A DNA stretch of 64,000 nt, taken from the NCBI RefSeq assembly GCF_964213995.1, contig NC_135813.1:14074001-14138000 (forward strand), read 5' to 3'. This stretch comes from Mustelus asterias (lineage: Eukaryota). A program made the position numbers and the translations under genes. Numbering within the stretch: the first letter of the stretch is position 1; each line of letters opens with the position of its first letter. Under the pieces are notes generated by a model, which was not told the DNA's origin, ran no database searches, and saw nothing but the letters and a program-made list of their open reading frames with translations. Shown in pieces: positions 1-10,534 of this stretch.

Positions 1-491
1 GCACCACGTGCGGCCTTTCAACCCTCCAAGTCACCCTTCCACCGCTATTTGAACACCTCACCCCCGAGTGTAAGCCCATTGCCACTAAGAGCAGACGGTA
101 CAGTGCGGGGGACAGGACCTTCATTAGGTCCGAGGTCCAGCGGCTCCTGAAGGAAGGGATCATTGAGGCTAGCACCAGCCCCTGGAGAGCGCACGTGGTA
201 GTGGTCAAAACTGGGGAGAAACACCAGATGGTCATCGATTACAGTCAGACCATCAACCGGTACACGCAACTGGATGCGTATCCCCTTCCGGGCATATCCG
301 ACATGGTCAATCGGATTGCGCAATACTGGGTGTTCTCCATGATTGACCTCAAATCGGCCTACCACCAGCTCCCTATCCGCCCGGAGGACCGCAAATATAC
401 GGCTTTCGAGGCAGATGGCCGCCTCTACCACTTTCTTAGGGTTCCCTTCGGAGTCACCAATGAGGTCTCGGTCTTCCAGCGCGAAATGGAC
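1..491 (+). mobile_element. Gypsy/Ty3 LTR retrotransposon pol fragment (RT N-terminal half), truncated
   Basis: Translation includes LLKEGIIEASTSPWRAHVVVVK, MVIDYSQTINRYTQLDAYPLP, IDLKSAYHQ, YTAFEADG and VPFGVTN. It breaks before the YxDD motif at about 491. Confidence 0.9.
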
Positions 492-1011
492 CCCACCGGC
501 AGCCTCAGCTTTTCACAGACTGAGGCACCAAATATACAAGACACTCCCATCACTCAGCCACCATCATCACAGAAATCCCCTCCCCCCCCCACCACAGACA
601 GGGACCACACCTCAACCCCCACCACGGACACGCAACCCCTAGAACCTCCCTCTCGGACCTCTCCAGCAGTGCCCCCATACTACCCCTGGCACTGTTCCTC
701 TGACCCTCTCCCGCTGTGTGGTTTTTTGCCAGTTCCTCATTTTTAAAAACCTGTTGTAAACTGCACCAACGTAATATCATATTGACGAGGGGGGACCTTT
801 CCACATGGGGATGCCCACTAATTATATTTAAACATATTATAATGGGGTTCCCGTCAGTGTATGGCAGGAACCCCATTACGTCACTGGTGGGCGGTGGGGA
901 CAATGGTGCAGGGAAATCCCAACGACGTAAGCCATTTTGGGCCACCTGCTCAATTCTCTGCCACCTTTGTCATTCCTGCCCGCCAAAAGCAGGGTATGGA
1001 AAATCCCCTCC
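492..1011. mobile_element. Right part of a non-autonomous Harbinger-type element
   Basis: C-rich interior ending in GGAAAATCCCCTCC, the terminal motif type shared by other MITEs in the window. Confidence 0.45.
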
Positions 1012-1439
1012 AGTGTCAAACAAATTCATCCAAAGGCTGAAATTTTCCACACCCGATCGGGACAGGCGTGTTTGGTAGCAAGACCGGAAGATCTCACAAG
1101 TAGACTCTAGATGCGTTTCCCAGCAACATAAATCCAGAAGCAATTGTCCCCTCACCCATCAATGGTGGGTCGTGGTTCCACCAAAGAACGCCAGGGACTT
1201 AATTCAAATACATTTGCATCTCATTAGAGTGGTCATGTGCCGGGATCACTGCGTCTCCACATCAAATTTAAATCCTACGTTGGTGCGGCTTTAGAATGGC
1301 AATTTACAACTGCCTTTAGAAGGCGTGCACCCAGTGACCTGACTTCAAGGTAACTCATAGGTGAGTGCACACAACATAATGCAGCATTCGTGAGGATCCC
1401 AATGCAAGAAATCTATTCAAGAGGACACGGGCACCATTT

Positions 1440-2160
1440 TTTCCAAAGCACACAAGTCACAAGTTTGTCAGCTTCAAGAGAGATAAGGTGAGCCATGGAG
1501 GAAGAGCATTGGGATTTGCTGAGATTTCCAGATTACCACAGGTACTGGGTGCCAATAACTGCATTCACATGGCTCTTAAATCTCCTTGGCAATAAGCAGT
1601 CTATTATGTGAACTCTCTCAATGTTCAGCTGGTCTGCAACTGTAACAAACGGACCTGCATTTGGAAGCATCCACAACGGTACATCCTCAGCAGGTTTCAG
1701 ATCCCTAACATCTTCCAGGGACAACACAGGCTGCAGGGTTGGCTCCTTGGGGAGACAGGCTACCCACAAAGAATGTGGCTGGTTATGCCTATGCGGTGGT
1801 CTCAGATCCCTGCTGAAAGAAGGTACAAGAAGGTTCATACCACAACCCAGAGTTTGGTGGAGCACACCATAGGGATCTGAAAATGAGGTGCCTGTCGCTA
1901 GACAGATCGGGCATAGCATTCTAATACACTTCACAGAGGGTGTCACACATCATCGTGGCTTGATGCATGCTACACAACCTGCCGATGCAAAGAGATAGGA
2001 GGACGTAGATGATGAGGAGATGGAGCTGTATGTCTCTTCTGATGAGTGGGAAGTCAAAGGGTATGAGGGTGATGGCGTCCTGGAAGGTGAGGATGCAGGC
2101 AATGAGGCCATTGCACTGGCCAGACGAGGCAGCCATACTTGTGAAGTCCTCAATTCCACA
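1440..2160 (+). pseudogene. Harbinger DDE transposase (HARBI1-like) remnant
   Basis: Frame-broken motifs SLNVQLVCN, LQGWLLGETGYP, AERRYK, SLVEHTIGILKMR and LDRSG, followed by an acidic tail. Confidence 0.85.
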
Positions 2161-3357
2161 TGATTCCAGGAGAATGATGATGAGATGCAGTGAGGGCACT
2201 GCTGAGATCTTCACACTGCATCTGGGAATGCCTGCCATCTGTGAAGAAGGTCATATCATGGAGACGCTGCAGAAACGCAGCTGGCACATGGGCTTTAACA
2301 GCACTTGATCTTTTGGCAAGCTTCATCACCTGTTCCTTTCAGCACCACATCTTTACCTGTCAGGAAAGCTGACAGGATGGGAGGGCAGCCCAGCCTCTAA
2401 GGTGCTGAGAGCACACAGAGAACATCACAGAACCCTGTGACGCTTGGATATGAGATTCTTGCAATAAACAAAAGCTACTTTGAAGTGTAGGTATCACTAA
2501 TCTGCAGAGTGAACTTGAAGCCAGGCAATTATTGAGCTTCGAAGGTTACACACTGCATAGGGGACAGGCCCTGGACCTTGGAACTTATCTTCATTTTGTG
2601 CAGGAACCAAGGTTCCACATCTGATTGACATGAACACTGCTCATCATAACAAAGAACTAGAGGCAAGGAGATATTCTTAGGAGTGTACTACAATGGGTCA
2701 GTATTATGTACAAGTGATTAACACCCATGCTCACATTGTGCAACTGGATCTTCTTGACCTTTCTAACCTTGCCGCTTCATCTTGGTGCATTACATACTTC
2801 CACAAAAAAGGTGAAGGTGGCACACCTTGTTGTTGGTGATGACCTTGGTGGGCATGCTCTTGAGTGTCAAGACCTGGAGGGCGCCAGCCTGCTTTCAGAG
2901 TCCTGCTGTATAGCAGTGCCACCCTCCTGCAGAGCTGGAGCTGCTGGGGTCACAGCAAGAGGAGATTTGGATGGACTGGACACCCACAGAGTCACCTGGG
3001 TGGGTGGCCCCCAGGGTGTGCACCTGCTGATCCTCCTCCCTATGGGTACCCAAAGACCCCTGCCTGACTCCTTGAGAGGAAGAGTCAGTTGGAGTGAGCT
3101 TGAGATGCCCAACACCCCACTTCGTATTGACACTGATGGATGCCACTGTGCCTCAGTGATTGACTTTTGATCCTGCACTGCTGCAGGAGCTATGTGCCAG
3201 CCGCCAGTGTTGACCTTGGTGAGTTGGTAAGCCGGCATTATCAGCTTGGCTTGAAGGTGGACGAATTCCTCCTTCATGCCTTTAAATCTGAAGAGTGCAG
3301 CAGAAATTCCTGAGCTTGTCTTTGCAGATCCAGCAACTGAGTTATAACCGATCCTTT

Positions 3358-3484
3358 GGCCGGAATTTTACCATCCCACCCACAATGGGAATCGGAGTGG
3401 GCGAGGGGCGGACCATGGAACGATCCATTGACTTCGGGCAGGACTTTATGGTTTTGGGACGAGTGAGGCCATAAAATCCCACCC
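3358..3484. mobile_element. Harbinger/Tourist-like MITE
   Basis: GGCCGGAATTTTAC at the left and ATAAAATCCCACCC at the right, imperfect TIRs of the same type as the 36782 MITE. Confidence 0.7.
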
Positions 3485-3958
3485 TTCTTATCTGACTCAA
3501 ACTCAGCTGATTCATGGCCTCCAGCAATTCTTCAAGTGGCAGCACCCTGGGTATCCGGCCTCCACCTGCAATTTGTTCACCAGATTCTGACTCTGAGGCT
3601 ACTCTAGAATTAGGTCCTAACAAGGTGCCTCTCTGTATTAGTAGAGGGCATGGCTAAGCGCTGTGATGTCTTCAGGGTCGGTCTCTGTCAATTCCTCTTC
3701 CATGGTGTCCTCTGGCTGGAGCTGAGGACCTGGCTCATGAACCCCCTCAACTGCTTCCCAGATGTGCCCGCAAGAGAAAGAGCAGATAAATAGTGCATGG
3801 CAGGGGCCTGTGAAACAGGAGAATCACTCACAGTATGGCTGTTTGATGAGATGTTGCAGTGCTGGATCCTCACTTGGTTGAGTGCCATCGACCACACTGT
3901 CAGCACACGAATGGCCCACATTGTCCGGCCAGCTGAACTGCTCTATTTTCAATATCTG

Positions 3959-4498
3959 TCAGGACCTTGAAGTTGGCCATTTCTCCACTGCCTGGGACGA
4001 TTCCCTTTTGTTGTGTGCTAGCTTATCCTGCAAGATGGCAAGAGTGTAAATAGGATGCCTGCCAGGCCAGGTGGGAAAGATGCCTGGCATGTGTGGTGGT
4101 GAGTGGTGCCATGGACAGAATCTGTAGGGCAGATGAAGGTGTGTGAGAAAGTGAGTGGTGTTGTTCCTTGAGCTAGCAGTGAGAGAGATCCCCGTGGATA
4201 TATGATGGATTTGTGAGTGTGTGAGTTGTGTGAGTTCAGTGTGATGAGAAGAGCAACTTACCTTGGCGGAAGAGAGGAAATCATTCATCCTCTTTCAGCA
4301 TTAGATGTCTGCCCTCTTTTGGAGTGCACTGGAGCTGACCACCACTGCAACCACTCCCATGCTGGATTGGTGGCCTTGCTTGCTGGTCTTAGCCCAGAGT
4401 GGGGATAGAGAAAATTGCAGTGGGCCTCCACTGCGTCTCTGCATGAGGAAGGTGTCGCTAAATCTAAGGACAGCATGTTTCCTAGCTTTAGCAGCCAT
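3959..4498 (-). pseudogene. Harbinger Myb/SANT-like DNA-binding protein remnant (two exons)
   Basis: MAAKARKHAVLRFSD, DAVEAH..LYP, TNPAWE and RMNDFLSSAK, then a GTAAG donor. GT-AG intron at 4028-4261; the next exon starts DKLAHNKRE. Confidence 0.8.
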
Positions 4499-4524
4499 CA
4501 GTTCCTACCAGCTTCCTATCTCTT

Positions 4525-6153
4525 AGAACATAGAACATAGAACAGTACAGCACAGAACAGGCCATTCGGCCCACGATGTTGTGCCGAGCTTTATCTGAAA
4601 CCAAGATCAAGCTATCCCACTCCCTATCATCCTGGTGTGCTCCATGTGCCTATCCAATAACCGCTTAAATGTTCCTAAAGTGTCTGACTCCACTATCACT
4701 GCAGGCAGTCCATTCCACACCCCAACCACTCTCTGCGTAAAGAACCTACCTCTGATATCCTTCCTATATCTCCCACCACGAACCCTATAGTTATGCCCCC
4801 TTATAATAGCTCCATCCACCCAAGGAAATAGTCTTTGAACGTTCACTCTATCTATCCCCTTCATCATTTTATACACCTCTATTAAGTCTCCCCTCAGCCT
4901 CCTCCGCTCCAGAGAGAACAGCCCTAGCTCCCTCAACCTTTCCTCATAAGACCTGCCCTCCAAACCAGGCAGCATCCTGGTAAATCTCCTCTGCACTCTT
5001 TCCAGCGCTTCCATATCCTTCTTATAGTGAGGTGACCAGAACTGCACGCAATATTCCAAATGTGGTCTCACCAAGGTCCTGTACAGTTGCAGCATAACCC
5101 CACGGCTCTTAAACTCCAACCCCCTGTTAATAAAAGCTAACACACTATAGGCCTTCTTCACAGCTCTATCCACTTGAGTGGCAACCTTTAGAGATCTGTG
5201 GATATGGACCCCAAGATCTCTCTGTTCCTCCACAGTCTTCAGAACCCTACCTTTGACCCTGTAATCCACATTTAAATTAGTCCTACCAAAATGAATCACC
5301 TCACATTTATCAGGGTTAAACTCCATTTGCCATTTTTCAGCCCAGCTTTGCATCCTATCTATGTCTCTTTGCAGCCTACAACAGCCCTCCACCTCATCCA
5401 CTACTCCACCAATCTTGATGTCATCAGCAAATTTACTGATCCACCCTTCAGCCCCCTCCTCTAAGTCATTAATAAAAATCACAAAGAGCAGAGGACCAAG
5501 CGCTGATCCCTGTGGCACTCCGCTAGCAACCTGCCTCCAATCCGAAAATTTTCCATCCACCACCACCCTCTGTCTTCGATCAGACAGCCAGTTACCTATC
5601 CAATCGGCCAACTTTCCCTCTATCCCACACCTCCTCACTTTCATCATAAGCCGACCATGGGGGACCTTATCAAACGCCTTACTAAAATCCATGTATATGA
5701 CATCAACTGCCCTACCTTCATCAACACACTTAGTTACCTCTCAAAAAATTCAATCAAATTTGTGAGGCACGACTTGCCCTTCACGAATCCGTGCTGACTA
5801 TCCCGGATTAATCTGCATCTTTCTAAATGGTCGTAAATCCCATCCCTAAGGACCTTTTCCATCAATTTACCAACCACCGAAGTAAGACTAACCGGTCTAT
5901 AATTACCAGGGTCATTTCTATTCCCTTTCTTAAACAGAGGAACAACATTTGCCATTCTCCAGTCCTCTGGCACTATCCCCGTGGACAGTGAGGACCCAAA
6001 GATCAAAGCCAAAGGCTCTGCAATCTCATCCCTTGCCTCCCAAAGAATCCTAGGATATATTTAATCAGGCCTAGGGGACTTATCGACCTTCAGTTTATTC
6101 AAAACTGCCAGGACATCCTCCCTCCGAACATCTATTTCCTCCAGCCTATCAGC
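4525..6153 (-). mobile_element. Young 5'-truncated CR1 LINE (ORF2 RT and C-terminus plus 3' tail)
   Basis: 361-aa open frame 4607-5692 (DFSKAFDKVPH, GVPQGS, KFADD) and an upstream 92-aa frame separated by one frameshift near 5740. Has a (CTATGTT)n tail. Candidate TSD CTCTT at 4520-4524 and 6154-6158. Confidence 0.95.
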
Positions 6154-6969
6154 CTCTTGATGAGGGCTATCTCTGTGCAGGCCAGTCTTTAAATATGATG
6201 CCCAGATTACTGAACCCCTGAGGTCACAGCAGAGTGGACTAAAATGAGGCCATCCCACCAATGATCCAACGTAAAACCCACACCTTTTATTTTTTAAACA
6301 ATGCTCTACATGATACAGGGTAAATTCTGCCATTGTTGTCAGCGGGTCAAATGCCAATTTCCCCACCTGATAAGAGACTTAACAATTTCAGGGAAAATTT
6401 CGCCCAATGTTTAAGTGAGCATGTAATTAAAACACAAAGATTTCTACAGCAAGAGTTTCAAAGGCCCAAATAAACCAATTGTCCAGCAGATCGGGTGATG
6501 CTGTGGGTATTAACACTGGCCTGGTTTTAAATCCAGCTCCAGACAGATGGGATGAAAGTCTCTGACAGCTGTTAAGGGTCCTACATGAAATCAGTTTGGT
6601 TACTGTCAAGCCAATTCCCAACAGTCACTAGTTCCACAAAATTGGCTTCAAATTCAGTACAACTGGCAGTAAATGGTCGATCATAATAAGACAAGCCATA
6701 AGGATAGTTAAGGTGGGAGATGGCAATGTTTCACTGATTTAATAAGGAATTCTTTGAAGCTAACATCCAAAGCAGTGTATTAAAATCTCTCATTTGCACT
6801 ACATCTGAGCTTGACACTCTTGTTGAATACAAAGAAAACAAACATTCAAATCTCCAGCACCTTAAGGAATACACAACCCCCTCACCGCGAAAAAAGGCTT
6901 TTTCGCCAACAGTCAAAAACGGAGATTGATTTGAATTAATTCTCAATTTCTACCACTGACTAGTTTTTT

Positions 6970-7150
6970 AAAAATATATTCGTTCATGGGGTGTATGCGT
7001 GATGGCAAAGCCAACATTAATTGCCCATCCCTAACTGCCCTTGAGAAGGTGGGCTGCCTTTTTGGACTATTACAGTGCATGTGGTGCAGATACACCCACA
7101 GTGCTGCAAGGGAGGGAGTTGCAGGATTGTGGTCCAGTGACAGTGAAGGA
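6970..7150 (-). mobile_element. 3' end of second CR1-clade LINE family (family B)
   Basis: Reverse complement matches the 3' end of the 43692-44838 element (AAGGGCAxTTAGGGATGGGCAAT). Confidence 0.7.
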
Positions 7151-8294
7151 ACATTTCCCATCTCAGCACCCAAAGAATCAGCAGAGAATACATCCTCCAG
7201 ATTGCAGCAGCCCCACAGTCATTTAAAGATCCAAGGAGAGTTAATTAGCTGGGTCTTAATTCGAATGGAGGTCCCGCTACAGAGAACTGATAGCCAATCT
7301 GATTGTTTGGCAGATCTGTAGACACTGCAGCACCAGTGACAGCACTGGTCAGGACTGGGACTGCAAACAGTCCCCAGATTTTAATTCCAGGAGCGCAGAA
7401 TGCAGAAGCAGGAAAGTGAGGTGTGTCTTAAGCCGGTTGTTGAGGGGAGACCTTACAGGGTGGGAAAAGGGGCCTGGAATCATGAAAAGAGGGGAGAGAG
7501 CACCCATGGGGGTGGAAGGCCTTAGAGGGGCACCTGATATGGAAAGGGAACTCTTGAGGGAGACACCCCACCAATAATCGTCCACTTAAGTGTTTTAATT
7601 GGAGTGAGGTCTACCCTAGGCCTTGACTGAATCAGGAAAAATTACAGACAGGTTGGGGGGCAAGTGGGAGGGTAGCTGTACAATCACCCGGGAAGTTTTA
7701 CAGGCACCCCTGCCTGAAAATCACCAGCATGGGACCGTAAATTCTGCCCACAGTTCCAAATCAGGATGATGTACAGCTTGGGGGAATCTCATAAGGCTTG
7801 TGTAGAATAACAGAACAATTGGAAATGCACATATTCATTGAACACGTTGCCTATAGCAAAACCAAACATGATTTACCAGGAGGTACTGCAGATATGTACT
7901 TAATGTAGATTGAGGTAGTACCACCAATGGTTAATTTCCCACTGGTATAGTACCTACAACAAAAGAACTTTCTAATCCTGAATTGGGCATTTTTATATGA
8001 GTGAATGCATATAAATTTAGTGCATTATTCTTTGGATACTGCAAATCTTCTCGCCCAAAAGAAATTTACATATTTTCATGCTTAAAATTCAACTGTGTTT
8101 CTACCCCCACATTACGGACTCGAAACGAATAAGCTATCTTATTCAATTCTCTTTTATCTACTTCTTTTGTAACTATGTTCCTTAATGTTGATGTACACAT
8201 GGACAAAACAATATCTTTCATTTTTAAGTCAATAGTCTCTTTAGGCGGACCAAAGTAACTGCTACTGTCTGTGGAAAGGCACGTTTACAATTGT

Positions 8295-8437
8295 TACAAG
8301 CAAATTAGTGCGGATGCCAAAAGAGAAAATGCTGGAAAATCTCAGCAGGTCTGGCAGCATCTGTAAGGAGAGAAAAGAGAGAAAAGAGCTGACGTTTCGA
8401 GTCCAGAAGTTCCTTTGTCAAAGTTAAGCAATACAGT
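8295..8437 (-). mobile_element. Short hammerhead-containing repeat (probable PLE terminal fragment, family 2)
   Basis: Homologous to 61172-61305. Flanked by a 12-bp direct repeat GTTTACAATTGT (8283-8294 and 8438-8449). Confidence 0.8.
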
Positions 8438-9179
8438 GTTTACAATTGTATTGCTTAACTCGAAAAACAGTTCAGCTGTAAGGAATTATTTTGCCAGAAA
8501 TAGATATTGTTTTCAAGTTTCCTTCCTACCAAAGTCAAAGAAAATATTTACCTTTAAATTGGAGGCTGGGAACTGCAGTTCCCAGTGGGTCTCAGTGGTC
8601 ACTGTGCATGCCTAAAGATGTAAACATGCACGGCTGTTGGCGCATGTTTACAACTTCAGGCGTGGCCCCGTGCACATGCGCAGCTTATTTTATTTCTTCA
8701 GATTGGGAGACAGTCCAGCACATATGCAGAAGAAAAGAAGAAAGTGAAAAGGTCAAGTGACCTGGAAGAGGAGTGCCATTCCACAGAAGGTGCCCCAGTG
8801 AACAGGAGAATGGAAGGGGACAGGGAGAAGGACTCAAACAAAGAAGGTCCTAAACCAGGAAGTGGGACAGGAAGAGGTCCCAAAAGACAATCTAGTTAGG
8901 GGGCAAGGACAGGAATCTTTAACAGATTCTGTTTTGTGTGAAATTAAAAGTAAGGAACAGAGGAACAGACTCCAAATTAGAGAGCTTGGGCCACAGGGAG
9001 CAGACTTGAAACAAAGTGGACTTGGGAGAAGCCAGAAGATTCGGGGAGGCAGCATACAGTCGGTAACCTCATACTGCAGGCCTTTGCAGCAATGGAGTTA
9101 TGCATTGTACGGCCAAATATCTGAGGGTATGTATGGAAAGTGTAGCTTGAAAGAACATAGTGATCAATGGAAAAGAAAC

Positions 9180-9627
9180 ATCAGAAAGAGAGATTGAAAC
9201 TCTGGAGGTGGATCCTTGTTGAAGATGTTAAAGCGAAAGCTTCAAATTTTAGGGCGTGTCCTTCGAGCATAAAGAAAGACAGTTTCAGTGAGACTGATTG
9301 GCACACAGTGTGACAAGCCTCGGGGGGTTGATGAGAAATCCATAGAAGATGCTATGGTGGCATCCATCACTTGGTTTTGTTACCGACCACCGTTTGCTAT
9401 TAGTTTACGTATACCATATACTTCCTGTGAATATTAGAGTATAAGATAGATATTGTAAATTCTGTTATTTTTATGAATTTGAGTATATCTGTAAAGGTAT
9501 AGAGGGGTGAAGGAATAGTGTAACTCGATTCATTTATTGGCATTTTTATTGAAATCTTTCTAACCTTTTTGTCTAGTATAATATTGTATCCCAGTACATG
9601 TGACAATAAAATCAAATCAAATCAAAT
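9180..9627 (+). mobile_element. Old LINE 3' fragments (RTE-like piece, then a tail ending in (AAATC)n)
   Basis: LLKMLKRKLQILGRVLR-like RTE C-terminal remnant, and a GTGACAATAAAATCAAATCAAATCAAAT microsatellite tail. Confidence 0.4.
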
Positions 9628-10058
9628 CCTCTGCCCTCCCCATGAGCCTCATCTCCCCTTTTCATGCTGAGACCCCCACATTTAACTGGTCCTGGATTCC
9701 CAGGACGCTGTGGACTACTTGCAGTCTCACTCCTGTTAACTGCAGCTTCTGCCACTGCTGGGATTAGAGAGTTGCCAGCCAAGGTCGGACTTCATTCCAA
9801 GTTAGGAGTGGGAGTTCCATCTGCAGTCAATTAACACATGATGGAGCATTAAATGTTGTGGGGCAGCCAGTATCAGCAGGGATGCATTCCCTACCAACTC
9901 TTCAGATGGCAGGGAGGGAAAACCTATCACCATAAAAATCCTGGCCTTGGATTTTAACCATTCTTTCTAGGGTACAGTGATCTGAAAGCGTTGCTCTATT
10001 ACTGAGATCAATTTCTAAATCTTCCTTTTAGTTAATATTGTTAATCAAGATAACTTAC

Positions 10059-10140
10059 CAACATGTTCTGGTGCAATTCCTATTTCCTGTAATGCAATAG
10101 CCTGTTCTCGTGTTTTGGGGTAACCCACTAAGATCCAGCC
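10059..10140 (-). CDS. AK8: Adenylate kinase 8 coding exon (equivalent to exon 6)
   Basis: 82-nt exon between gcttgtttctcAG and GTaagt. Translates [27 protein letters not shown], similar to human [27 protein letters not shown]. Confidence 0.95.
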
Positions 10141-10534
10141 CTGAGAAACAAGCAACAGCAATACATTTGATTATTAATAGAGAGATGCAAGGGAAGTTTG
10201 CATTGTTAGATTTACGACATAAGAAGATACTGATACTAAATATACCATATAGCTTTGTTAAGAGCACAAGATTAGCTTCATTACTGAGAATTTGGTCATT
10301 TTACCACTTTTATAGTTAGCATCCACATCAAATACTCCAGATTGGTACGGTTGGATTTTAACTCTGTGTGAGTGAATGGGTTTTGAGTGAGTTAAAACCT
10401 GACCCTTAATGGAAGTATATCTTAATTTCAACTTCAGATTCTAGGTAACCAAGTGCAATAGCCAGAAAAAAAATAAGTTCTGAAATCTTTCCCACCCCAC
10501 AGATAGTCAAGCAAACCCCAGAGTATTTATACCA

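Larger units (their letters stand above)
1035..6405. mobile_element. PIF/Harbinger DNA transposon A (decayed, near full length; DDE on +, Myb on -; interrupted by a CR1 and a MITE)
   Basis: Left end GGCTGAAATTTTCC matches the reverse complement of the right end, GGGCGAAATTTTCC, at 12/14. Encloses a HARBI1-like DDE remnant and a convergent Myb/SANT remnant. TSD not confirmed. Confidence 0.75.

Noticed and set aside
5361-5765. Ser/Thr-rich antisense ORFs over CR1 copies (also 10911 and 12564)
   Set aside because: Shadow frames of CR1 coding sequence.
8619-8629. TGTAAACAT resembling the miR-30 5' end
   Set aside because: Only 9 nt match; the rest and its position in the hairpin do not fit miR-30.
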